Assembly (NCBI GenBank): GCA_045586685.1
Contig: JAZNAU010000002.1
Span: 1-64,000 of the forward strand
Reading direction: 5' to 3'
Origin: Clostridia bacterium
GTDB lineage: Bacteria > Bacillota > Clostridia > HGM11514
Length of the DNA stretch: 64,000 nt
The position numbers were made by a program, and so were the translations under genes. Each line of letters starts with the position of its first letter. The stretch's first letter is position 1. This document shows positions 40,157 to 50,120 of this stretch, piece after piece. The notes under the pieces were generated by a model, which worked only from the letters and a program-made list of their open reading frames with translations, was not told the DNA's origin and ran no database searches.

Positions 40157-41899
40157 ATGGCAATGGACGGAATTGCGGTGCGTTGTACCGCTTTTGAATT
40201 GAATCAAGCACTGGAAAATGCCAGAGTAGACAAGGTTTATCAACCGGAACTGGATGAAATTGTCATTGGGTTTCGAACGGATCGTGACAATGTACGATTG
40301 GTATTAAGTGCCAGTGCAAACCATGCACGGGTACATCTGACCACGCAGAAAAAAGAAAACCCCATGCAAGCCCCTTTTTTCTGTATGCTGTTACGAAAGC
40401 ACTTGATTCCTTCCCGATTGATAAAAGTCTGTCAGAAAGAATTTGAACGGATTCTGATATTTGAATTTGCCTGCACCACAGAACTGGGGGACCCTGTCAA
40501 AAAATACTTAATTGCAGAGCTGATGGGTCGGCACAGTAATCTGATTTTTACAGAAGAAAACGGACGGATTATTGACAGTGTCAAGCACGTGGATGTAAAC
40601 GTGAGCAGTGTAAGACAGATTCTTCCCGGTTTGGAATACAAAGGAGCTCCTTCTCAAAACAAAAAAAATCCTCTGTTGGAAAACAGGGAGGAAATAGTAC
40701 AACTAATACAACAAAATCCGGAGCAAAAGCTGGATAAACTGTTGTTACAAACCTATATGGGGCTGTCTCCCCTTGCTTGCCGTGAAATTGCATACCGTGC
40801 CACGGGAGATTGGGATGCGGATACCTCTCATTTACCAAGCACTGCGATTGACAAAATAGCAGACTTCTTTACGGAAATTAAGGAAAATCGATTTGTTCCA
40901 TCTCTGGTGATGGAAGGGGAAAAGAGCATTGAATTTTCTGCGTTTGACCCTACCCAGTATCCTAAAAATATCCTTCATCCGGAAAGCTTCAGCCTTACTT
41001 TGGAACAGTATTTTACCAACCGTGATGTGGATACCCGCCAGCACCAGAGAGCCGCCGCAATGGAAAAGGTGATTTCCAATCTGATTGAACGGACGGCAAA
41101 AAAATGCAATATCTACCGACAAACCATAAAAGACGCGGAAAAGAAAGAGGTGCAAAAGCAGTACGGAGATTTGATTATGGCAAATTTGTATCACATACAG
41201 TCGGGTGATACGGAATTGATAACCCAAAATTTCTATTCTCAAGAGGGAGAAACAGTGAAAATACCCTTAGACCCTCAAAAAGGGGGAGCTCAAAATGCAC
41301 AACGGTATTACACCCGCTACACCAAGCAGAAAACCGCAGAAAAAATGGCGGAAGAACAGTTACAAGCCGCCTTGGGCGAGCTGGAATATTTAGAATCGGT
41401 CAAGCAATTTTTAGAAACCGCCAAAACACCCTCCGAGCTTTCCGATATTCGGGATGAGCTCCATGCCCAAGGGTATTTGTCCCACGGTTCCAAAGGAAAA
41501 AAGAAAAAAGGGCAAAAAATACAACCCCACAGCTTCATTTCCTCTGACGGGTTTGCCATTTATGTAGGGAAAAATAATATTCAGAATGATGCCATTACCT
41601 TTCAGTTATCCCGTAGCCGTGACATCTGGCTTCACACCAAAAACATTCCCGGTTCCCATACCCTGATTGTACGGGGCGGAGCAGAAGAAATACCCGACCG
41701 CACCTTGGAGGAGGCGGCAATACTTTGCGCCTTCCACTCCAAGGCGAAAAACGGGGTGAAGGTACCGGTGGATTACACGGAATGTAAATATGTAAAAAAA
41801 ATTCCGGGTGCAAAACCCGGAATGGTAATTTATGATAATTTCAATACCGCTTATGTGACCCCTGACCCAAAGCTGATAGAACAACTCAAACAAAAATAA
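40157..41899 (+). CDS. rqcH: Ribosome quality-control factor RqcH/Rqc2 (NFACT)
   Basis: MAMDG, FCMLLRKHL, ELMGRHSN, VGKNNIQND, PGSH. Confidence 0.93.
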   Translation: MAMDGIAVRCTAFELNQALENARVDKVYQPELDEIVIGFRTDRDNVRLVLSASANHARVHLTTQKKENPMQAPFFCMLLRKHLIPSRLIKVCQKEFERILIFEFACTTELGDPVKKYLIAELMGRHSNLIFTEENGRIIDSVKHVDVNVSSVRQILPGLEYKGAPSQNKKNPLLENREEIVQLIQQNPEQKLDKLLLQTYMGLSPLACREIAYRATGDWDADTSHLPSTAIDKIADFFTEIKENRFVPSLVMEGEKSIEFSAFDPTQYPKNILHPESFSLTLEQYFTNRDVDTRQHQRAAAMEKVISNLIERTAKKCNIYRQTIKDAEKKEVQKQYGDLIMANLYHIQSGDTELITQNFYSQEGETVKIPLDPQKGGAQNAQRYYTRYTKQKTAEKMAEEQLQAALGELEYLESVKQFLETAKTPSELSDIRDELHAQGYLSHGSKGKKKKGQKIQPHSFISSDGFAIYVGKNNIQNDAITFQLSRSRDIWLHTKNIPGSHTLIVRGGAEEIPDRTLEEAAILCAFHSKAKNGVKVPVDYTECKYVKKIPGAKPGMVIYDNFNTAYVTPDPKLIEQLKQK

Positions 41900-41919
41900 A
41901 GCTGTATCTTACTACAGCC

Positions 41920-42174
41920 TTATTTTTGTTCATCATAAGCGGCTCTTACCGCTTTTGCTAACTGATCGGCACAGGAGGTAGGTCGTCCACCGCAAGTATT
42001 TCCTGCCAGTTTTTCTTCAATTTGTTCTACAGTCCAACCGTCTATCAGCTTTGAAATGGCTTTCAGATTGCCGTTACATCCGCCGTTAAATTGAACATCC
42101 GTAACAATGTTGCCATCCAAATGAAAACTAATTTCTCTGGTACAAACACTGTTTGTCCGATAGGTGTAATTCAT
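41920..42174 (-). CDS. TIGR03905 family TSCPD-domain protein
   Basis: VCTREI, F.GGCNGNL, CGGRPTSCADQL. Confidence 0.88.
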   Translation of the reverse strand: MNYTYRTNSVCTREISFHLDGNIVTDVQFNGGCNGNLKAISKLIDGWTVEQIEEKLAGNTCGGRPTSCADQLAKAVRAAYDEQK

Positions 42175-42323
42175 TGATAACATCTCCTTTCTGTCCGTTC
42201 CATTTCATTATACCCATTTTATTCTTTTTTGTCAATTCTTATTTTTTCTATCATTAAAAATAAAATATAATTTGACAAATATTCCTATATTATGCTAAAA
42301 TAACAAAAAAAGGAGGGGTTTTT

Positions 42324-42920
42324 ATGAACGAATCAAAAAATAACGCTGCACTGGTTGCGATTATCGCCATACTCAGCACAATTCTTATTTTCTTCATTTT
42401 ATTTTTTGTACTATTCTTTTCAGGTGTGATTCATTTTAATACAAATGAATCAGACATAACAGCCCAAACCTCTATCGTACAAAAAGTAATAAAAGAAACT
42501 ACACCCACAACAGAAACAAAAGAAGCAACTGCTCCAGTTGAAAATGTGGTGAAAGAAACCATTTGGACGTACGATGAATATGAGGCAGAGACATTTATTG
42601 AAAATGCACTTTATGCATTTGTAAATGGCATCAATACCAGGTCCGCAAATTATATTGACACATACTTTGCAGGTGGTGAAGCACAGCAAGAACTTGCATC
42701 ACATAACGAAATCATTAAGGTTGTGGACCAAGAAGAGCTTTTATCCGTGAACTGCCATACTGTGCAAAGAATTTCTAATTCACAAATTACTGTCATTCGC
42801 GATTCTGTGATCAGAGTTTATTATAAAGACGGAAGAATCGTTGACATTCCTGAAACATACAAATATACCATTGATTTGAGTTCAGGTGAAATGAAGATTG
42901 TTGAAATAGAAAGACTGTAA
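42324..42920 (+). CDS. Membrane-anchored hypothetical protein, possible NTF2-like ectodomain
   Basis: AGGAGG RBS; single N-terminal TM; Thr-rich linker; helix then meander beta strands; TTGACA promoter at 42272. Confidence 0.6.
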   Translation: MNESKNNAALVAIIAILSTILIFFILFFVLFFSGVIHFNTNESDITAQTSIVQKVIKETTPTTETKEATAPVENVVKETIWTYDEYEAETFIENALYAFVNGINTRSANYIDTYFAGGEAQQELASHNEIIKVVDQEELLSVNCHTVQRISNSQITVIRDSVIRVYYKDGRIVDIPETYKYTIDLSSGEMKIVEIERL

Positions 42921-42925
42921 CGTGA

Positions 42926-42953
42926 AAGACCGCTTAAACAGCGGTCTTTTTTT
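42926..42953 (+). terminator. Intrinsic terminator
   Basis: AAAGACCGCT / AGCGGTCTTT + T-run. Confidence 0.85.
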
Positions 42954-43123
42954 GTATAACAAAAACCGTGCGATAGTCGCGTGGTTCAAAAAAGGTTAAC
43001 CGATAAACAAAAATGAAACAGAATAGATGTAAAGAATATAAGTAATATATCAAAATGAAAAGTTTACTAATGTTTTTCAGCGTGCAAAACAGGGAGGTGT
43101 TGTTCATACTTTTCGTTTTGTAT

Positions 43124-43232
43124 GCCCTGTCGGACGGGCCTACTTTTGTGAGACAAAAGTAGCAAAAACGCGGGGGATTTCGATTTCCCCCGCATCCCTT
43201 AAAACGACACAGGGGCTTCGCCCCTGGACCCC
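43124..43232. repeat. Multi-hairpin intergenic element (probable dispersed repeat/MITE-like)
   Basis: Four consecutive inverted repeats including CTACTTTTGT/ACAAAAGTAG, GCGGGGGA/TCCCCCGC, CAGGGGC/GCCCCTG. Confidence 0.55.
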
Positions 43233-43489
43233 TTGATAGTGCAGTACAGCCCATTTATGGGTAACAAGTAGCAATTTCATGGCTGGCAGGCCAATTAAAA
43301 ACGCACTTATGCGTAGCCAGTAAAGGATAGGGGCTCTTTTTGTATTGTCTGCACGAAATGGTGCAGTCCAAAATGTGCGGGATTCTTTTGTTTTCAATAA
43401 AAAAATCAGAAAATTTTTTTGATTTAATATCAGAGGGTTGCTTTTTGTTTTACTGAGAGGTATAATATGACATGAAGGGGTTGTGATGA

Positions 43490-44842
43490 ATGAAAAGTAA
43501 TACCATGGATATGTGCGAGGGCCCGTTATTAAAAAAGATTATTATTTATACTGTTCCCATTATTTTAACAGGAGTGTTGCAGTTGTTGTTTAACGCAGCC
43601 GACCTGATTGTGGTAGGTCGTTTTTGCGGCAGTCTTTCGGTGGCGGCTATTGGTGCTACCGGGGCGTTGATTAACTTGATTGTCAATTTTTTTCTTGGGA
43701 TTTCTGTCGGAACGGGTGCGGTTGTTGCTCAGGGTTTGGGTGCAGATGACAGAAAGGGAGTGTTCCGTACGGTGCATACAGCCATTTCCGTTGCTGTTGT
43801 GGCAGGCGCACTTTTGACAGTTGTAGGTGTGTGCGGTTCCAAGTTTTTCTTAAAGCTGATGGGTACACCTGACAATGTAATCAATTTATCCTCTTTATAT
43901 ATCAGAATTTATTTTTGTGGCGTCATTCCTACCATGGTTTATAATTTTGGTGCATCAATTCTTCGTGCCACGGGAGACACAAAGGGACCCTTGGTTTTTC
44001 TTACCATTGCCGGAGTGGTGAATGTGTTGTTGAATTTGTTTTTTGTATTATTATTAAAGATGAATGTGGCTGGAGTGGCTTTGGCCACTTCTGTTTCTCA
44101 GGCTGTTTCTGCGGTGTTGATTGTCATTTCATTGATGAAAAGAGGAGATGTTTGCCGTTTGGATTTGAAATCTCTGCAATTTGACAAACCCACCCTTTTT
44201 AAAATTTTACGAATTGGCATTCCTGCCGGGATTCAAAGCTGCTTGTTTTCCATTTCCAATGTTATGATTCAATCTTCTATTAACTCCTTTGGGAACATTG
44301 CAATGTCCGGAAATGCAGCGGCAGCAAATATTGAAGGATTTGTTTATACCGCTATGAACGCCTTTAGCCAGACGGCAATGAATTTTACAGGGCAGAATAT
44401 AGGGGCAAGAAAATTGAAAAGAGTCAGTCGGGTAATTGCAATTTGTATGCTGTCGGTTGCAGCTGTAGGCTTTTTTCTTGGGTTTGGGGCATGGTTTTTC
44501 GGCCGTCCTTTGTTGGGAATTTATATTACCGATTCGGCAAAAGCCATTGAGTATGGTATAATAAGACTGTCCTATATTGCAATGTTCTACTGCTTATGCG
44601 GTATGATGGATGTAATGACAGGGGCCATGAGAGGTCTTGGAGTGTCCTTAATCCCTATGTTAATTTCTGTTCTGGGTGTTTGCGGATTCCGTATTTTGTG
44701 GATTTGTACTGTTTTCAGAGCAAATCACACACTGGAACTTTTGTATGTATCTTATCCTATTTCGTGGTTATTGACGGGGGTTGCACAACTCGTGGCTTAT
44801 TTTATTGTGGTTTATAAAATCAAAAGACGGTGTAAGCTTTAG
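43490..44842 (+). CDS. MATE family efflux transporter
   Basis: QLLFNAAD...VG, LRATGDTK.P, GVAGVALAT, GQNIGA; promoter TTGCTT-17-TATAAT at 43438-43466. Confidence 0.93.
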   Translation: MKSNTMDMCEGPLLKKIIIYTVPIILTGVLQLLFNAADLIVVGRFCGSLSVAAIGATGALINLIVNFFLGISVGTGAVVAQGLGADDRKGVFRTVHTAISVAVVAGALLTVVGVCGSKFFLKLMGTPDNVINLSSLYIRIYFCGVIPTMVYNFGASILRATGDTKGPLVFLTIAGVVNVLLNLFFVLLLKMNVAGVALATSVSQAVSAVLIVISLMKRGDVCRLDLKSLQFDKPTLFKILRIGIPAGIQSCLFSISNVMIQSSINSFGNIAMSGNAAAANIEGFVYTAMNAFSQTAMNFTGQNIGARKLKRVSRVIAICMLSVAAVGFFLGFGAWFFGRPLLGIYITDSAKAIEYGIIRLSYIAMFYCLCGMMDVMTGAMRGLGVSLIPMLISVLGVCGFRILWICTVFRANHTLELLYVSYPISWLLTGVAQLVAYFIVVYKIKRRCKL

Positions 44843-44859
44843 GCTACACCGTCTTTCTA

Positions 44860-45267
44860 TTATTCTTCTGTTTCTTCTTCTGGTTCCTGAGAAGCAGGTG
44901 CTTCAGGTTCTTCCTTTTCCATTTTTACACCTTGAATGTGAATGTCAATCTTAGATGCGGTAAGACCGGTCATGGTTTCTACACTGTTTTTCACTGCCTG
45001 CTGAACCTCCAGAGCAACCTCCGGAATCTTGGCACCATATTCGACCACCAGATAAAGATCGAGGAAAACTTCCTCTTCCTTCATTTCAATTTTTACGCCC
45101 TTGGAAGGGTTTTTCTTTCCGATCAAGTCGTAGATTCCTCCGGTTAAGCCTGCACTCATGCTGGCAACACCCTGTACCTCCGATGCAGCAAGACCTGCAA
45201 TGGCGGAAACTACCTCTTCAGAAATTTTTACATTTCCAATTTTTTGTTCTATCATTTGTTCTTCCAA
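44860..45267 (-). CDS. Asp23/Gls24 family protein (YqhY-like)
   Basis: GNVKISEEVV..IAG.AA, V.YG.KIPEV, VETMTGL; downstream of spoIIIAH. Confidence 0.92.
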   Translation of the reverse strand: MEEQMIEQKIGNVKISEEVVSAIAGLAASEVQGVASMSAGLTGGIYDLIGKKNPSKGVKIEMKEEEVFLDLYLVVEYGAKIPEVALEVQQAVKNSVETMTGLTASKIDIHIQGVKMEKEEPEAPASQEPEEETEE

Positions 45268-45343
45268 AGAAATTACCTCCTTTGATTGATTTACAATTTG
45301 GATTGACCATTTTTATTATACCACACAAGCCACCCTTTGTAAA

Positions 45344-45847
45344 TCATTTTATCTCAATTATTTTAATTTTATCCGCTTCAAGCTCTGTTTCTGTCATAAC
45401 AGTGGATAAAATGTTTGCAAGTTCTTGTTCTTTTAATCCTTTGGATGAAAGGGTGATGGTTGCACCGGCATCGGTAATAAAGACGACACAATCTCCAAAC
45501 CCTTTTGCTTTTAATTCATTTTCTAATTTGCTTTCCTGTTCGCAAGCGGTTGCCATTCGTGCCATTGCCTGAGCGGTTTGTTCTGTATCTGACTGCTCCG
45601 TTGCTTCACGAAGCAAATCCAAGGCTTCTCCCCTTGCTACATCCCGATTCAGTCTGGCTTGGGCATAATAATCCTCTGTTCCTCCATTTACAAATTGAGC
45701 TTCTCCGTATACCTTGGGTGTAGGAGAGGGTGAAATTTCCGGATTCATTACTGTTTGCGCAGATTGATCATCCTTATTTGTTATGTATGCACCTGCTACA
45801 ATCAGCAAACACATTGCCACTACCACAAATTGCCGTTTTCTAATCAA
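45344..45847 (-). CDS. spoIIIAH: Stage III sporulation protein AH
   Basis: YYAQARLNRD, ENELKAKGF.DCVV; operon position. Confidence 0.88.
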   Translation of the reverse strand: MIRKRQFVVVAMCLLIVAGAYITNKDDQSAQTVMNPEISPSPTPKVYGEAQFVNGGTEDYYAQARLNRDVARGEALDLLREATEQSDTEQTAQAMARMATACEQESKLENELKAKGFGDCVVFITDAGATITLSSKGLKEQELANILSTVMTETELEADKIKIIEIK

Positions 45848-46359
45848 TGCTTTCCGCTCCCTTCCAATACTTCGATTCTGTTCATTCCGATTTGCAATGC
45901 TGCACTTGCTGCCCGTCTTAAATCCATTCTTACCTGTTCTTTTCCTGCACCGGATGCTACAATAATTGCACCGCCTACGGTTGGATAATATTTTTCCAAA
46001 ACGACAGGGGAGTCTCCGTCGGATAACACCACAGCTTCCTCAAAATCCTGATTATTTTCAGAGGTGCTTGCCTTGGTGTCCGTTGCTACCGAAATTTTAC
46101 CAAAGCTTTTTGGAGTCAGAAATACTGTTACCTTTCCTGCTCCCTCTATCTGTTCCAGTGTTTTTTCCAGTTTTTCTTCCAAAACGTTTAAATATTCCTG
46201 ACCGTCCGCTTGATGTTGAATAGGAGCTGTCTTCTTTTTGTCCGTGGACGCAGGGGCTGCCAATAACAGAATTGCTCCTATGATTAGTATGATCCAAAGG
46301 GTCTTTTTATTCCCCGTTTTTTGCGTTAGCTTTGAAAAAAACGTTATTTTGTTTCCCAT
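45844..46359 (-). CDS. spoIIIAG: Stage III sporulation protein AG
   Basis: LE..LEQIEGAGKV.V, P.VGG.IIVASGA. Confidence 0.88.
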   Translation of the reverse strand: MGNKITFFSKLTQKTGNKKTLWIILIIGAILLLAAPASTDKKKTAPIQHQADGQEYLNVLEEKLEKTLEQIEGAGKVTVFLTPKSFGKISVATDTKASTSENNQDFEEAVVLSDGDSPVVLEKYYPTVGGAIIVASGAGKEQVRMDLRRAASAALQIGMNRIEVLEGSGKH

Positions 46360-46790
46360 TGAATGACCTCCCGTGAAATACCGTATAGCTCTGAAAGTTT
46401 GGTAATGACAGATTCCTGAGTTTTTTTGGGAGAAAAAATGGTCAATCCTGTTACAGTACCAAAAGGCTCCACAGAAAAATCAAAGGAAAACCGGGCGTCG
46501 GACAGGGGAGGAATGCTTTGACGGATATCCTCGGTAAGCTGTTGGGCATACTCTGCAAAAATCTGTTGCTGTTGCACCTCTTCCAGTTGTTTTGTTTCTG
46601 TTTGGGGAAGGTCGTTGGAAAGAACGTCTTCTCCACGAAAGGAAAGACCGCCGATTGTATCTAAAGTAACTGCCATAAAAAATAATCCCAACACAAAGGA
46701 AACGTATTTTCCCGTACTGCCTAAAGGCAATACCATTCGTACTGCTTGGATTAGTAAAATAGCTCCTGTTAAGGTGATAACCATTCTCAC
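46344..46790 (-). CDS. spoIIIAF: Stage III sporulation protein AF
   Basis: LP.G..GKYV.FV.GL; GTG overlapping spoIIIAE stop after GGAGGAGG; operon position. Confidence 0.75.
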   Translation of the reverse strand: MRMVITLTGAILLIQAVRMVLPLGSTGKYVSFVLGLFFMAVTLDTIGGLSFRGEDVLSNDLPQTETKQLEEVQQQQIFAEYAQQLTEDIRQSIPPLSDARFSFDFSVEPFGTVTGLTIFSPKKTQESVITKLSELYGISREVIQWETK

Positions 46791-47938
46791 AGAATTCCAC
46801 CTCCTCCTGCATTGATCATCATAATCAAAATCAAACAAAAAAGAACTGCACAAACGCAAAGGGAAGCCAGCATCATTCCAATGCAAAGAGCGGTGTCTGA
46901 CAACAATTTTCCCAATGCCGGACTTCCTAAGGGTGCAGCAAATGCCGCCCCTATTCGAAACATCCATAGTTGAACGGTTAGCGTAACCGCTACATGAGCA
47001 AAAATTAAAAGCAATACCGCCATACCGCCAATGCCTACTCCTCGACGAAGTACCGAGGAAAAGGAAAGCACCAACTCAACACTTTCCGATAACATTCCTC
47101 CCACCACCGGCACAAAGTTCCCAACGGCAAACCGTGTGGTTTTTCTGACCATTACATCCACGTTTTGTCCGGCTACAGAATATATGGCGGTAAGTCCCGA
47201 AAAGACGGTAAGAATGGCGGTCAAGATCCACTTCATTGCATTTTTTAAAAGACCGATAAAACCATCTAACTTATTGTCCTGAGAAAGAGAGTTGGCAATA
47301 CATAACAAAAAGCAACTGTAGACAGCGGGAACAATCCAGCGATTCACTGCGTTAATGCTGAAGGTAGCAGCACCGTACAACACAGGATGAAGCAGGGTCG
47401 CTCCGGTAAATTGTCCCGAGCCTGCTAAGAGAGCAGACATGACAGGAGCCAGGACGGTGACAAATTCACTCATGGAGGAAACCGCCTCTTTACTTTGCCG
47501 AATACTGACATCAAACATTTCGATGACAATAGCACACATCACTGCCCCGCATACAAAGCTTGCAGCATTGGTTCCTTCTGTTCCCAAAGCATTTAGCTGA
47601 TCGGTCATTCCGCTTAATACCACCAATAAAAGCAATAATCCGAAGGAGGCGGCATTTCCCTTTAATTCACCCCACAATAGAGTTCCTATCCAACGGAGTA
47701 TTTCTGTAGGGGTTAGAGAAACCTGTCCGTTTATAAGGGCTTCTATTGCTTTTTTGGGGGAGAAATCAGGCAAAATGGTTGACAACTCCTCCTTTAATTC
47801 ACTGTCATAGTAGTCCTCGATTTCCTGACCTCCGCTTGCTTGGTACTGCTTCTCCATGGAGGGCTCCATGTCAGCAAAGCAGGGTTGTGGAAGGAGGAGA
47901 AAGAAAAAAATAATTCCTATCCAAATATGGTGTTTCAT
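46787..47938 (-). CDS. spoIIIAE: Stage III sporulation protein AE
   Basis: Polytopic; FAVGNFVPVVGG motif. Confidence 0.9.
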   Translation of the reverse strand: MKHHIWIGIIFFFLLLPQPCFADMEPSMEKQYQASGGQEIEDYYDSELKEELSTILPDFSPKKAIEALINGQVSLTPTEILRWIGTLLWGELKGNAASFGLLLLLVVLSGMTDQLNALGTEGTNAASFVCGAVMCAIVIEMFDVSIRQSKEAVSSMSEFVTVLAPVMSALLAGSGQFTGATLLHPVLYGAATFSINAVNRWIVPAVYSCFLLCIANSLSQDNKLDGFIGLLKNAMKWILTAILTVFSGLTAIYSVAGQNVDVMVRKTTRFAVGNFVPVVGGMLSESVELVLSFSSVLRRGVGIGGMAVLLLIFAHVAVTLTVQLWMFRIGAAFAAPLGSPALGKLLSDTALCIGMMLASLCVCAVLFCLILIMMINAGGGGIL

Positions 47939-48321
47939 ATCGACTCCGCAATATTTGCTAATTTTTCAAAAAGAGAGGTCAGTAAGGGCAGACTCATCAG
48001 CAAAATAGTTATTTTCGTACAAAATTCCAAAGCACTTGCCAAGGCAGATTCTCCCGCATCACGGCAAAGAGCTGCGGAAAACTGTCCCAAATATGCCGTT
48101 CCCACCACTTTATAAAGAAGAGACATAAGAGATAGTGAAATTCCGCACCGTTGTGCAATGGAGTCCAACGTTTCCTTAAATTTTAAAAAATGCTGTGCTG
48201 CAAATAAAAACAACAGCACACAGGCAACAATGGAAACTGCCATGGCAAACTCGGGATGATGCCGTCGTAACAGCAGTGCCAGCACGGCTCCGCACAAAGC
48301 AATTCCGATAATCGGGAGCAT
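47935..48321 (-). CDS. spoIIIAD: Stage III sporulation protein AD
   Basis: PEFA, KVVGTAY..QF...LCRDAGE. Confidence 0.92.
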   Translation of the reverse strand: MLPIIGIALCGAVLALLLRRHHPEFAMAVSIVACVLLFLFAAQHFLKFKETLDSIAQRCGISLSLMSLLYKVVGTAYLGQFSAALCRDAGESALASALEFCTKITILLMSLPLLTSLFEKLANIAESI

Positions 48322-48323
48322 GG

Positions 48324-48518
48324 CTAAAAACCAAATACAGACTTAATGGTGTCAAACAGGGTGCTGATTTCCCTGACAATGACTACAAGCACCACAATTA
48401 AACCTGCAAGGGTCGTCATCATCGCCTGTTCCTCTCGTCCCGATCGAATTAAAAGCTGATTGAGTACTGATACCAGAATGCCGATTGCGGCAATCCTGAA
48501 AATTAAATCCACATTCAT
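48324..48518 (-). CDS. spoIIIAC: Stage III sporulation protein AC
   Basis: MNVDLIFRIAAIGILV...SGREEQA. Confidence 0.95.
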   Translation of the reverse strand: MNVDLIFRIAAIGILVSVLNQLLIRSGREEQAMMTTLAGLIVVLVVIVREISTLFDTIKSVFGF

Positions 48519-48535
48519 AGCCCTTCTCCTTGTCA

Positions 48536-49039
48536 CTAAATCAAAAGCAAAATTAAAAATAACCCGCCCGTAAGCCCTAATCCTTGATACAATCTTCCGT
48601 TTTTGACAGCAAACTCCCGTGCGTCTTGCTGTCGGACTTCCAACTGTCGGATAACGGATTCAATCAGGCGACATTGGGTAGTGTTGTCACAGGCTCCTAA
48701 CCCTTCTCCCAAAGAAAGAAGGGCCTCTTTATCCTCTTGGTTCAGAAGGGGATAGGAAGCGTTAATTGCAAGATGAAAGCAACTCCTTGCAGATCTTCCG
48801 TCCCGCAACTTCATTTCCTGTGCGGTAAGGGCAAACCCCTCACCTCCCGACTGATTCCCTAACCGTTCAAAAATCTCAGGGAGAGGCCGCAATCCAAACT
48901 GTACTTCGCCCAAGAATTGATACAGTAAGTGATTTAGCTGTCCCAGACATTGCACCCGCTGATGAAGTCGGCGGCTTTGGAATAATCCTAATTGCAATGC
49001 GGAAAATAAAATGAATAAAGCTCCTATCAGTTTAAGCAT
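48536..49039 (-). CDS. spoIIIAB: Stage III sporulation protein AB
   Basis: MLKLIGA, PLPE, LG..D...Q, LGL.GGL.L.LLLI. Confidence 0.9.
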   Translation of the reverse strand: MLKLIGALFILFSALQLGLFQSRRLHQRVQCLGQLNHLLYQFLGEVQFGLRPLPEIFERLGNQSGGEGFALTAQEMKLRDGRSARSCFHLAINASYPLLNQEDKEALLSLGEGLGACDNTTQCRLIESVIRQLEVRQQDAREFAVKNGRLYQGLGLTGGLFLILLLI

Positions 49040-49943
49040 AATCCTCTACCGATTTAATTTGATGAATTCCGTCCCGGCATTCTAACGTAATAAACAATTC
49101 AAACAGTTTACCAAAGCTTGGCATCCGCCCTAAAATATCTTGTCTGCTATATCCGTGAGCCGAGCAAATGACACTTACTCCTGAAAGGCTTGCCTGCCTG
49201 ATGGCAGATTCATCCTGAAGGGAACCAATTTCATCGGTAATCAATACTTTGGGGGACATGGTTCGCAGTAACATAATCATTCCGGCGGCTTTTGGCCCGC
49301 AGTTTAATACATCGGTCCGAAATCCCAGATCATTTCCTAATACTCCGTGGCAAACAGCTCCTAATTCCCCCCGTTCATCTGCCACCGCTACATCTGTTCC
49401 TGAAAACCCGTCAAATCCGCTGGAAAGATTTCTTGCAATGTCACGAAGAAGAGTGGTTTTTCCGCATCCGGGCGGAGAAATAATAAGTGTGTTTTTGACC
49501 CGCTCTCCTTTGAGTAAATATGGCAACAGAGAATTGGAAACACCAATGATTTGCCTTGCAACACGGACGTTCATGGAGGTAATATCCCGTATTCCTGAAA
49601 TTTGCTCTTCTTTTACTATGCAGGTACCGCAAAAGCCCACTCTATGTCCCCCTTCTAAGGTTAAATATCCGCAGGAAAGCTCGTGTTCCCAAGCATATAG
49701 GGAGGATGTGGTAAATTGTTCAAGACAGGAGGCAAGATGGGTTTTCCCTACAATAAATGCCCCGTCTGGGGTAGGAAGCAACTGTCCCTGCTTGTCCGCA
49801 TAAAATAAGCCGGAGCGAAGCCTGATCTGTAAGCCCCGTTCGCTTCGAAGTCGAATTTCTTCCAGTTCTTCCCGTGCAAACTCCGGCAAACGATAAAGAA
49901 TCATTCGTAAGGGTTGGGGGAAATAATCAAATAATGAAAGCAT
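49032..49943 (-). CDS. spoIIIAA: Stage III sporulation ATPase AA
   Basis: EEIRLR, GGHRVG, SPPGCGKTTLLRD, DERGE, DEIG. Confidence 0.95.
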   Translation of the reverse strand: MLSLFDYFPQPLRMILYRLPEFAREELEEIRLRSERGLQIRLRSGLFYADKQGQLLPTPDGAFIVGKTHLASCLEQFTTSSLYAWEHELSCGYLTLEGGHRVGFCGTCIVKEEQISGIRDITSMNVRVARQIIGVSNSLLPYLLKGERVKNTLIISPPGCGKTTLLRDIARNLSSGFDGFSGTDVAVADERGELGAVCHGVLGNDLGFRTDVLNCGPKAAGMIMLLRTMSPKVLITDEIGSLQDESAIRQASLSGVSVICSAHGYSRQDILGRMPSFGKLFELFITLECRDGIHQIKSVEDYA

Positions 49944-49965
49944 AGGTGATTCCTCCTTTATGGTA

Positions 49966-49994
49966 ACTATATGGGAATTTTTAAAAGAATAGAA
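49966..49994 (-). promoter_or_regulatory. SigE-type promoter of spoIIIA
   Basis: TTCTATT-14-CATATAGT on minus strand upstream of AAGGAGG RBS. Confidence 0.75.
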
Positions 49995-50120
49995 CTGAAA
50001 AGGAGCAAGCTTATCGTTTTTTTTGAATGAGGATAATAGAATTTATATATTAGACATTTAATAAAAAAAGAGATATAATATATAGTGTATGAAACATGTT
50101 GATTTATGGAGTGAATATAA

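Noticed and set aside
42934-43397. ORFs of 106 aa and 85 aa in the hairpin spacer
   Set aside because: No RBS, atypical composition, and they run through palindromes
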